DNA of 64,000 nt from Trichoplax adhaerens (taxonomy: Eukaryota > Animalia > Placozoa): contig NW_002060953.1 of assembly GCF_000150275.1 (NCBI RefSeq), forward strand, positions 1,872,310 to 1,936,309, read 5' to 3'. Position numbers and translations under genes: made by a program. The notes beneath the pieces are model-generated. The model did no database searches. It was given only the letters and a program-made list of their open reading frames with translations, and was not told the DNA's origin. Below, piece after piece: positions 52,206 to 64,000 of this stretch (the first letter of the stretch is position 1; every line of letters begins with the position of its first letter).

Positions 52206-52889
52206 CCTTTTATGGCCTCTATGCATTGCTTTTTACTGGCTACGTTAACTATTCTTTTCTAGTCATGGCCGCAAAATGAAAAGTTTCAGACAAGTGCAAA
52301 TAGCCCAAATACTTTTGCAACGTTGAGAAGGTCCAACAAGATTTGCTATGTTGTGAACTCTATTCTATACATTTATGATGTGATCTAGAATAGTGGGAAA
52401 AATCCAGGTAGGAAATGTGACATTCTTGGAAATTGCTTGCATGTCTGATGTAGGACTGGCGAATTTAATGAAAGACAGTAGCTATAATTATATTGTCGGC
52501 TTGTAGTCGCTAGACAACTATTCTCGTAGCCAGCTAAATAACCTTCCCCTTGATGGAGGTATTTCTTCAACTCGACGCAAGTTTTGGTCATATTTTGGTA
52601 AGCAAAGGCTGAAGAGTCAGCTGAGCATGAAGGTAGATAACTTTGGCAAAGGCAGTTTTGAGTAGTTTTTTTATACTATGGTGATAGTTTTCGAATCACC
52701 ATCAATTCATATGTGCTTTTAACAAATGAATAAATATCGTTCAAAGCTTAAAAGGTTGCAACACTGTATGTTTTAGGTAGATTACAATGTAGCCGGAGGA
52801 TAGCTTCTGGTCGAACACAAGATTCCCATTTCTCCAAAGACCAATATACTAATGTTATATTCAGTTCGTATATTATACTTGCGAAGAGG
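52206..52889 (-). pseudogene. Paralog D: degraded pseudogene (exon 2 remnant) of the double-CRD family
   Basis: Acceptor tgtag|CCT at 52889 and donor GG|gtaaa at 52206. Translation across three frameshifts and four stops gives ESCVRPEAILRLHCNL...LCQSYLPSCSADSSAFAYQNMTKTC...SCLATTSRQYNYSYC...TCKQF/KNVTFPTWIFPT...SQRCKSIWAICTC/SFCGHD*KRIVNVASKKQCIEAIK, collinear with paralogs A-C and E. Confidence 0.88.
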
Positions 52890-54877
52890 CTACATTGAGG
52901 CAATTGAGAGCAAAAGGTAGCATTAATACTATCTTTAAATTCAAAGTACACGGCAAGGAATAAAAAATATACAAAGCCAAAGAATTTTTGATTTAGAATG
53001 ATTTTAATTAATTATTTAACTATCACATACAAGTAATATCTTTGATGATAATATTGATACTCTGCTTTTACGTGAAGCAAATTAATTACTTAAACTAAAC
53101 CCGCTCATACCACTTTGCCAACATATTAATTTCTGATGTCCAGGAAATGAACTATTGCAATCAAATTATGATCATAATACAGCAATGTAAATAATTTCAG
53201 TGGATGCAGCATTCGTAGGATGAGTCTTCATGATAAACACCTAGCTATTATTTATGTTTTACTATAATTAGTGATGACTTTGTAAACATAGCACATACAC
53301 ACCAGTGCCCACTAAAACGAGCATTTTCCCTCCTTATGATAGTAAGGAACAGTAAAACAAGATAGAAAAATTGAGGGAACAAGAACTGCTATTTTTAAAG
53401 ATGGGCCAATCGATACCAACCAAGATTATGTACTCATTTGCCACGTGGAAAAACTGCTCAAATAGGAATACCGGTTGTAATCAATTTTATATTTCAAATT
53501 TCCTAATCCCAACACGATCATATCCTTGTAAGAGTGGATTAAGGAGGAGAATAGAAAATGTTTCAATAATGAGAAATGGCGATACTACCTTCAGCCATCA
53601 AAGAAAGAAGTATTGATAGCCAGATGAGCTGCTAATAAATAAATCCTTGCTGTTGGAGAAGAATACCTTAATTGGATGTACAAAATTATTATCGTGAAAT
53701 TGAGCAATAAACTTGCTAATATTCTAAGGTCAATCCTAATGTAATAAAAGTGTCTCACAATAATGGTCTTAGTCAAATGGCGTTTTCTAAAAGGCTTTTA
53801 CTACAAGGTTTTTAAGAATAGTAGAGCAATAATCAACCACAGCAAAAATCTAATCTAAAATTTAAAATATTCCGAGCTCAAAGTGAAGTGAAGCCTCTCT
53901 TTCCTATGTAAGCTCATCTCCACAGTTCCTAAATGCATTTCCATCCTTGTCAGCAATATTGCTTATAGGATTCTCAACTTCTTTAGAAGCTGTAAACTAC
54001 TTTTCAAATCTACTATTATGCAAACTGTAAGTTCTTTCAATAGAATAAGAAATTCAATTTAATGACTGATTTCAAGCTGAGCTACAGTCTACATTTCGCA
54101 TGCAGGTGTGCAATTCAATCAAGAAATTCTGATCTGTTTAATAATCAATTTTAGACCAAAATAGGACCGATTTAAGTCTGGGCATAAATAGCGCTTTTAA
54201 AAGCAGTGTTATCACTTAGAAATGAACCATTATAACTGTAAAACTTATAATTTATTCAATCCCTGATATTTCGTTGGATAACCTTCAAGCTTCTTCGATA
54301 TCTTTGTAAAGTATCGGCCTTAAGGCTTTGAATAATGTCGATATATTTTTCATCATCAATCGCGTCTAAATTTCCATCGGTAAACTAAACGATTCTATGA
54401 TAGCAGTTAAAATTAAAATTATCTTTATAGATACCATTTATCTATAGACAGTATGAATGCCTTCGGATTAACGCTAAATAGTGTCAATTTGAGCTAGATA
54501 TAGAATTTTCTCTAAGGTTAAAGTGCTTTTGGGCTTGAGTTTTTAATTATGAACATTATTCAATATCCGATTAAAAGTAACCAACAAAAATAAGTTGCAA
54601 TCGTAAAATTGTATTTAATTTTGAATACTTTCGAAATTGAAGATGTATTGATGTAATGATATAAGGTTGACAAAGAATTTCAGCAAATTCCTTAAATTAA
54701 AGGCCTTGTATTTTCATAGAAAAGACTTCAGTATTTTATAAAAAGTAAAGTGTATGTAGAAGAGTAGGCCACAGCTTGATAATAAAACGGTTATTCAACC
54801 CTAAACAGGCTTAAAAATTTTAGCAGATTACTTAGAATTCCATAGTGTTTATTTTTCTGGCAAATAATTTATAACTT

Positions 54878-54915
54878 ATATTTATATTTGTATTTGTATT
54901 TATATTTATATTTAT
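54878..54915. repeat. Imperfect (TATATT/TGTATT)n hexamer microsatellite
   Basis: tatatttatatttgtatttgtatttatatttatatttata. Confidence 0.7.
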
Positions 54916-57053
54916 AATTGCATGGAACATAATTTTTATGTTGCCTATTGGCCTGTGGTTTGATTATGAATAATTTATTAGATAAATGGATTACGAAAAA
55001 ATTATAATCGATACTTTTGAATTGCGTAGTATTTATTTTTCTTTACTGATTAAAAATCGATTCACATTCTGATGCTGAAAATACTTATACCCAATTAAAT
55101 TCAACTGATCTCATTCCCTACTGGTAAAGTAAATAGGAGTCAGTTGATGTAATCTCATTAAGTATAGCACGATACAATTTGGCTCATTTTGCATCAATTC
55201 CAAGTTTTAATCGCTTCTTTCCATGATAACTATTACGGTAAGAAAATATTATGGGTAATAAGAACTCACACATCAGTGATGGAATCGTCTCATCATAGAA
55301 TATCCATAAATATTTTTTAGACTTTAGCATACTTGTAAGTGTAAATAATAAGTAAGTAATAGCTATTCCATTATTGTACTTATAATGGCATTGAAAATAA
55401 GGTAAGTTCAATTTCAGGAATGAAATAAGACATACTATTGACAAGTCATTGCAGCGATAGAGATGCAGACATGAATTGGGCCTTAGTAGCGGAAAAATAT
55501 GAGATGGTAAATAAGTATATGTTGCCTTTTCCAATGCGATATTCATTATGGCACAGTATTCAATTTCAGTACTAATACAATAAAGGATCAAATGGACAAA
55601 TTATTACAAAAATAAAGGTGTGGATGTATATTGCTTATAGTAGCGTAAAATATGGGATTATCAATAAAAAGTATAATTATACATATTCAATTCTCTATTA
55701 CTGTAGTTTTATTGATATTACATCTAAGTAGTAGAAATATAAGAGATCATCTGTACAAGTTACTACAAAGATATAGATGAAGATGATTGTCCTTGATAAC
55801 CTAAAAATATCGTAAATAATGTAAAGATACATATTAGGTACTCCAATATACTATACTACACGTGTAATAGTATTAAATCTCGCTGATAATATGTGTATCC
55901 AAGGACAAGCTACTATAGAGAAAGAGTTGTAGATTTCGACTGTTATAAGTAGTATAAAGATATAGCTATCAAATAAAATGTATATGATAGGTATTTCTGT
56001 ATTAAACCTAAGAAATAATAAGAAATCAAGTAGTAATGGACGAGAAACTATTGAAAAAATGAATACCTTTGAAATCGAACTTATATTGGGTTTAGGGTAG
56101 AACACTAGTTTATTATAATTTGTAACACCCAGTTTATCTTTATTACCATGTTTAAAAGTATTATAAAAGGGTAGACTACGAATTTGACCAACTAAACTAT
56201 TTAACTCGAAGGAGACTATTCTTAAATCCCAAAAATGGCTTAATTCTAAGTCTTCTTACTTCATACTTTCTTGAGCTACTTGACTACTGAGCCACATTTT
56301 CTTGTAAATGCTGCTCAAGCATTTAGTGATATCAGATATTAAATTTATTACTTTAATTACTCTAAATCAACCAAGCTATTAAATAAGTAGGATTAGATAA
56401 ATGATATCCTAAATATGCGAAAAGACATATGCGAGAAGACCTAATTAATGAAAATCTTTATTGAACTTTAAATTGTAACTTTTTGCTGTTTATAACAACT
56501 ATCTATAAGAAAAATAAGACAGAATCATAATTTCTTCGATATGATACTCGGATCAAAATTTTCGGGTTTATACTACTTTCAATAGCAAAATAGTGTAATT
56601 CGTACTGCACTTTAGAATCAAAATTAGCTTCCAGTTTTATCAAAATTGTAGCGTATATGCTATGCAGATTAAATACACATATATTCCTTCAATTACAAAC
56701 TTACATTACATCCTTTTTACCAAAATGAATCTGCTGATTGTTCGGCAGATCCACGCGAATAAAGTAGAAGTTAAGTTTGTAATATACTAAGATATCAAGT
56801 AAAATCGAATGCAATCAAATCAAATTAGCTATTTTAAAGATATGATACTTATTATAACGCTAAAGCTTAAAGAAGTATTCTAAAAATTAAACCTTCATTA
56901 CGATGCTATGGAAAATTTATGACTGAAATAGAGATGTTGGTATAGACTATCCTTACTGAAGTAAGAATACGGATAAATATTATAAAGACGAAATTGAACG
57001 ACGAACAAATCTATTTCTCAGGTAATTTTTCAAATCTGTAGCGAAGTTATCTT

Positions 57054-60000
57054 TTAATTTCCAGTACAATTTATAAGAAGATGTATTAATTGATGTGGTA
57101 CTAAGAATAACAAAATCAAAGCGGTAGCATTGATTAACCCGATTTGGAAGGATAACGAAGATGTTCCATTGGTTTCAGAAGTTACATTTGGATAGTAATT
57201 GCAGAATTGACGTTTACGTAAATTGATTCTTGTCTTTTCTGGCAGACTAATGATTAAAAAAGCAAGATTAGATCAATAGCTAGAGTCTAAGGAATGATTG
57301 GAATACACATAGTATGAGTTTACAGTATTTTATCATCTAGAGTTATTGCCATGACATTGAATGTGGCGACTTAAGTAGGAAGTAGTTGAATAGCAAAATA
57401 AGGATAAAAGAATTTCATACGTAATCAATTTAGAAATGATGAATTTTTGCAGTTCTATACGATGAAGTCAAATCCATACTGTGGTTTACGAAACGTTATA
57501 AAGCTGGAGAAAAAAATTATAAGTCAACATTGAATTTGGTTTCTTTCACTTTCTTATAACCACCAGTATTTTCTGAATAATCAACTAGCTTCCATGAAAG
57601 CTACCCGAGGTATTACAATTGGGGTTGCTCGTGATAGCTTATAGTTTTTAAGCTTAATGGCGGTCTTACTATTTAATGATATTCAATATAATCAATGCAA
57701 TCCACAATGATCAATTGGCTTTCATTCAAACCGTCTGATAGGGTGCAATTGAATTTTATTTCGATAGCTTTTAATTGTTAATTTAATGACAGCAATATCG
57801 ATCGGAATGTTCATGCAACTTGTTCACTAATATTCAATATAATCAATGTTATTTAGAAGGCTCAACTTGCTTGCATTAGAGATATCTGATATACTAATAT
57901 TGAACTTTATCTTGATTACTTTTAATTTTAAAGCCCATTAACAGTCCCTATTGATCGGTAAGCTCTTGCAATTTGTTAGCTAAGGTAATATTCGACATAT
58001 TTAATGCGATCCAGAATGATTAAGATGCTTCCAGTTAAGCTATCGGATATACTACAATTGGGCTTCATCTTGATATCTTTCAGTTTCAAAGCTTAATAGC
58101 AGTTCTATCGAACGGCATTTCAAAGTAACTTATTTACGAATATTCAATACGATAACGCAATCCTGTAAAGAGGGGATCTATGGAATACCCTAGAAAAGGC
58201 TATTATTAAGGTAAGGCATTGCTAATAGAAAGGCTTTGGTTAGTATGAGTAATCATAATGGAGTTGATGAATTCTTCTACACTATTAATGACTTCATTTC
58301 GCTAGTTGCACAAGTATTTTACATTAAATATAAATAAGTTTATGATGCCTGCATAAGCTATAAGAAGCTTAAATTAATTTTTTTAAACTTTACATGCCTA
58401 AAACGTCTCATTTTCTTGATAACTAGCAAATTGTTTCAATTTTGGATCAATTACTCCATCTTTAGTTATTAGCGCCAGAATATGTTTTAGTCACCATCAA
58501 CTTGATTCATATTCAATTTATCACTGCGACAACTAGTAGAAATGGAATATGAAGTTATTCACTTACCAAGCAACAGCATTTTGACATTGCTGCCAGTCAA
58601 AAAATACTTTAATATGTTTTCGATCCTGATCACATACTGGAAATCGATGGCAGAAGAACTGGGCTGCCGTATCCATACATCTTTGGGTGATACCATTGGA
58701 TTGGGATATTATACTCAAGAACTCTTCTGTATTATCAAGTAGTTCTGGCATCTTCTTAGCCAATGCAACAGGAAAAAGGAATCCATCTGGATATGGACTG
58801 CAATAATGATGCTGGATATTGGTTCGATTATAAGCAGTACAATAATCAACTACCACGTATCTGTGACGTGTTGATTGGCAGGCAGCGATTAGATCAGCAA
58901 AAGGCAGATTAATTTCATTAGAACATTGAATCAATTCATGGCATTGATCTCGTAAATCGAACGTTATGTAATGGGATAAATCATGAGAGCATTTTGGAAA
59001 CGAAAATCGACACCAAATTTTACGAATGATAGAGAAACATCGGCCTAAAATTGGTTTTTGATAATTTAATGTTCGTATGAAGTCATACACATAATGTTTT
59101 TTGTAAAAAGAAAGTAATACATTAGGAACATAATAATGTAGTGAGCAAAATTGTTGTATATTATTATCCGGTTTGCTACATCCTTCTGTTTCGCCAATTA
59201 CCCATTCTTGTGTTTTATTTTGAAATAGCTCGTTGTCTTTATTAGCCTAAAAAAAAGAATTGTCAATTTTTATGCCTATATTTTGTCAATGATTAAGGTT
59301 ATCTAGTTATATCATCATAGTCTATTCCAAGTATTGTTGTCTTGGATAGCGATCATTACTGTTGCATTTCATTACCACTTCTAGTTCATTTTAGAATGAA
59401 TAAGCAAATAACAAGAATTCTATTACGCCAACGGACGATTTTATTTTAAAGACATTGAGGAAAATAAGCTCGATTCGATATCAAGTATACCATAAATGGG
59501 ATTAATCTTCAGTGTGAAGAGTTTTCAAATGCATGTGGAGATACATGAAGGAAATGATATTGTTCTTTTCTAACATTAAATTTGGCAATATGTTTAAAAA
59601 CGAGCTAGTAGTCAGAATATATTTCGTTTGCCGCTTAGATTCTTTTGCCAATAGGTAAATACATACTGTAATATCGCAGAATATTGGGTGCATGTATTAA
59701 AATGCTAGTACCTGTAGTATCCGAAATATTTACAAATCCATGGATTTCCAGTTGGCTAAATCTAATCACCCTGGCCTTTTCGATTTTGATTCTTGACTAG
59801 ATACTACCTCGATAACTACCGTATAAGGAATACTCAAATAAAACCTATGAACTATTAAACTTGAGCCTTCATATTACAGTAACTAGATAGTTATTACTAG
59901 ATAGATGATAGATCCCTTTACATAACCCTTATTTTACTGCAAAGTAGCCTATTGGATAACTATTGAGAATTGGATTGGTATAGTTCAAAATTGCCTAGAC

Positions 60001-61014
60001 AAAATATAATCACGCTGTTATACAGACTAAGCGCAAATGCATTAACATCAACTATTGTAAGCTGGTATTAGATTTAAAATCAATTTGTTTACAAATCGCA
60101 ATAGCCATTTTATAAGAACGTTTTGTAATTTACATGTGATTAGCTAATTGAATCTCTATGAATTGGATTAATATAATTTAAAATCGAGAGAGATAAAATG
60201 GGATGTTGTCCTTTCAAGAGCAAATGCAATAACTGTTGTAAATTGGTATTTGGCACTTTCCACTAGTGATAAAGTAAGTCTGCACACGTCAACGCTTACG
60301 AAGAACGCATCTTACTGACTTATAGAGACGAGATGAGCTATATCAACAAATAGTTCAGTTATAACGAACGAATACTGTAGTCTACGTAATAGTATTACAT
60401 CAAAATCAATTTTTACGTGGATCACAACTAGGCTTATTATAAAATAGTTTTGTAATTTACCACTAATGAGGTCATTGGATATTAATTAAAAATTAAATAT
60501 GATTAAGGACTAAAGAGAAAGAGAGAAATAAGATCTAACGTTCAATGGACTAAGCGCAAACAGGATAATTATTGTAGATTGGTTTTGGATTCAAAATCAA
60601 TTTCATCGTGGATTACCATTAGCCTTTTCGATATTATGGATAAGGTACTTGATTTGATTTATCTAAACCATTAATAATAATAATTATCACTAATAACTAA
60701 ATGTAAATAATGAACTGAAGATACCCCTAACAAAATCGTTGAATACCGAAATTAAAAATTTTTTTTTAATTGTTATAGATTTTAAATACGAAAAGTCAAC
60801 TAACGTGATTGTAAATGTGCAGACTTTCATTGATATTTTTCATTATATTAAAAGTTGCTTCTGCAAAGTCTCCATGGTGGTCGCCTTTCTTCAGCATAGA
60901 AGTAGAACCAGCGACAAATGGAGCCATGTTTAACCCTTGATAGCTGATCGAAGATGGTATCAATAAGGTCAAGTTGACGAAAGTGATGGTCATCAGTCGT
61001 ACAAGGGACATCAT
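57054..61014 (-). CDS. Paralog E: most divergent intact double Frizzled-like CRD, GPI/membrane-tail protein, 360 aa (exons 61014-60805, 59246-58567, 57246-57054)
   Basis: Signal peptide MMSLVRLMTITFVNLTLLIPSSISYQG; ...HIYNH|ANKDNELFQNKTQEWVIGETEGCSKP. All 16 Cys present (CFSIIRKIWCRFSFPKC; CMDTAAQFFCHRFPVC). Exon 3 reads cattag|T-CTG-CCA, giving CLPEKTRINLRKRQFCNYYPNVTSETNGTSSLSFQIGLINATALILLFLVPHQLIHLLINCTGN*. Exon lengths 210+680+193 = 361 codons. Confidence 0.87.
57670..58150. repeat. Degenerate ~153 bp x3 repeat in paralog E intron 2
   Basis: atattc(a/g)a(t/c)a recurs at ~57679, 57830, 57988 and 58140, with similar intervening blocks (tctgata...aattgaa.tttat.t.gat..ctttt). Confidence 0.7.
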
Positions 61015-61099
61015 CTTAGGCAGCTATACAATTTAAGGCAATGCTTTGTCGAAATATTTTCTTGAATGAAATATTTCAATCTTGACTCAGGTATTTATT

Positions 61100-62810
61100 T
61101 ATTGCAGCGATTTAATGTAGCCCATCTTGCATCATTGGAGCTGTTGATTCTGTAAATAAATATGTAATGATGACTATTGGAATCCAATTAGAATATTTAT
61201 TTAATCATTGAAGGGTAAAATGTGTTTGTCATCTTTGATTGTATCTTAACATCATTGGCTTAATCTTTAGACGCTAATCAAAATGTCGTAATTATTTCTT
61301 ATAATTAATTTAGCATCAGTCGAATTGTTGATTCTATGAATAACACTGTACTGATGACTGTTAAAGTCCAATTAGAATATTTATTTAGCCATCGAAAGGT
61401 GAAAATATTTTTACTCATTTTTGACTGAGTCTTCTAAACATTGATATTCCAATCTTCATAACTTACGAAAATAGATAGACTCTGAAGATGCAGTAGCTAT
61501 TTTCTGAAGTCAATGGTGCATCAATTAAGTCATCGATTCTATGAATAACATTGCACCAATGACTTTTGAAATCCAGTTAGAGTATGAAATCGTTGAAGGG
61601 TAAAACGGTGTTTCTGATCATCGACTTTATCTGATAACTTCAGCATTCTAATCTTCATACATTAATTATGAAGAATGAAAAAGCTATTTCCAACCCTTAT
61701 CCCTTACTTTCAGTATTGCAATCTCCACACATTTACTTAAATGTTGAAGCTATTTTCTCTAGTTAATCTAGGATTAATGATGTAATCGTTTATTATCTAT
61801 AGTATTATTGTTTATTTTATCATTGATCGCTAAAATAGTGTTTCTTAATATCAATATTCTAGTTTTCATACATAAATGTAAGCCTGACTGTCGCAGCGAT
61901 TTCACTTACATCAATGTTGTATCAATCGAGCAATCAATTTTCTAAATAAGATTGATGAATGGATGTTAAATTTTTAAATCTAAATAAAATATTTATTGAA
62001 TCATTCAAGGGTTAGATGTCTATCTCATATTTGATTCCATCAACTTCTTAATATTAATAATCCAATCTTCTGAAACTAACCAAAATGTAGCAGCTATTTC
62101 CTATAATCGGTCTTACATTCATGCTATTGATTCTATAAATAACACTATGCTGCTAAATTTACGTAGAATGTTTATTAAGTCATTGATGGGCAAAACTTTT
62201 TTTCTCATCTGGACTATATCTTCATAACATCAATATTTCAATTTTCATACTAATCAAAGCGTAGTAATTACTTGTTGTAGTCAATCACATATCAATCGAG
62301 CTATTGATTCTATAAATACCATTACATCGATGACCATTGAGATCCAATTAGAGTATTTATTGAATTGTGGAAGGGTAAAATGATGTTCCTCGTCATCAAC
62401 TTTATTATTTCCCTTGAATATTCTAATCTTCATACATTAATCATTGAGGGTGAAATGTGCTTTTAATCCTTGACTTTATTTTTGACCTTCAATATTCCAA
62501 TCTTAAGATATTAATCGAAACGTCGCAGCTATTTCCTCTAGTCAATCTAGTATTAATCGAGCTATTGATTCTATAAATAATATTTTTGTTTATTGAATCG
62601 TGAATGGGTAAAGTGATGTTTATCATCTTGGACTCATCTCTTAACGTCAATATTCTAATTTTCACTCATATACGTAAGCCTGACTATCGCAGCAATTTCC
62701 TGTAAATCAATGCTGCGTCAATCCTGCTATTAACTCTATAAATGATATTATGTTAGTGACCGTTGGAATGTGGTTAGAGTATTTATTTAATTATTGAAGA
62801 GTAAACAGTG
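61100..62810. repeat. Degenerate tandem array of ~185 bp units (about 8-9 copies) directly upstream of paralog E
   Basis: Recurrent gctattgattctataaataa...gatgac..tt...atccaattaga.tatttatt.aatcattgaagggtaaaa; the gattct.t.aata core is at ~61146, 61329, 61535, 62128, 62306 and 62566, with more diverged copies at ~61940 and ~62730. Confidence 0.8.
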
Positions 62811-64000
62811 ATTTTCGTGTTTGTTTGTATACTGACAGTAGATGATAGCAGTCAGAACTTTATATATAACTACAAATGTCGGATAATTTGGTGCTCTTGC
62901 TAATATTAATCATGTTGATGATGCTGTTATCGACGTTTTGTTACAAGATTTCGGACTTCATTGCTCAATAGTGATTGATCTCGGTTGATGATGCTAGATA
63001 GCTACATGAATTTTGTTCGACAAGACTATCGAAGTCTGCTTCTTGAAATTCCAATCTTCCTTGATAATGGTTTCTATTCCATTGCAGGAATAATCTGCTA
63101 TAAACATGAGAGTTATTTTCGATTAACTTGTTGCCATAGTTTCATCTTGACAAATCATCTCCAATTTAATTCGTAATCGATCAACAACTCCTTACCCTAG
63201 CAAAAGATGGTGAGTTAGCTTAATCAATCCCATTCTACTGTATTACAGTAATCACTTGCAAGAATTTGTATACAGGTAGATAGATTGACGTTGACCATAG
63301 ATGAATTAGAGCTGCTGATCAAAAAAGTAGGGAAATCGTAAATACTAATTTTGCTTTACTTGATGCTATTAGTAATTCAGTAGAGTAATAATTTAAAGAC
63401 GTGATTAATGAAGTAATAAATACAGCCAGCGGTTTGAGGAAATATTCCAATCTACGATGATTGCTTAAATTATTTATACTTTACATATCGTCAATTATCC
63501 TAGAAGCCCAATGACTATCGATTCATTTTAAAGAAACATCAAAGATCCCATGTTACCTTTGGTATCAAGTATTTTGTATTGATAATAGCTTATAATAGTC
63601 TATAAGTAGCAAAAAAATGTTGCTATTGAGATAGTAAATGGAATTTTCTAACGGTATGCTTTCAAGAAGATATCATTTCCTCTACTAGCTACTCTAGCCT
63701 TTTTCATCATTTCTAAATTATTGTATACCATTTTGATCTTTTATTAATTATTTCATAATTATAGACTATAATTCATAGTGCATCGTAGGATGAATTCAAA
63801 TCTTCCCTACTTTTGTCTAAACTTTAAAAAATAAACTTCCCTATCTTCAAATTAACATGGTAGAAGTAGCTGTAAAATTCCCTTATACGGTAAATAAACT
63901 GAAACAGCATGGCATCATAGGTTGGAATAAACAGCTACGGCAATATAGTTTTTTTAATTTTCAACTTACTGGTTGATGATAATTAGCGGTTGGGAATTAT

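Noticed and set aside
58487-58532. Proximal acceptor giving CCRSDKLNMNQVDGD* for paralog E
   Set aside because: It would need a ~34-nt intron and has no homology; the exon at 57246-57054 matches the family.
62840-63230. Possible sixth family member or other exon near the right end
   Set aside because: No family Cys pattern in the frames I read and multiple stops; cannot be supported.

Overview
AT-rich, intron-dense eukaryotic (animal) genomic DNA with mostly ~60-100 nt introns. This architecture suggests a compact early-branching metazoan such as a placozoan; that is an inference, not something I could test. From left to right: (1) the first two exons of a selenoprotein T gene (minus strand, 1-2118), missed by the ORF track, with the Sec UGA codon at 77-79 in a CASU motif; (2) a complete USP9X/fat-facets deubiquitinase gene (minus, 4413-17989, roughly 65 coding exons, one GC-AG intron, probable 5' non-coding exon near 20744-20900); (3) two tandem-repeat arrays (21.0-22.0 kb and 23.9-24.8 kb); (4) a five-member gene cluster (25.5-61 kb) that the ORF track shows only in fragments. 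Spliced by hand, the three intact cluster members encode ~350-aa proteins: signal peptide, His-containing pro-segment, two tandem 8-cysteine Frizzled-like CRDs, and a GPI-anchor-type tail. All share a 3-exon structure with intron phases 0 and 2. Copies A, B and E are intact, C is a young pseudogene (TGA at a conserved Cys, broken splice acceptor) and D is an old pseudogene. This GPI-anchored double-CRD family is the best candidate for an undescribed system in the window.
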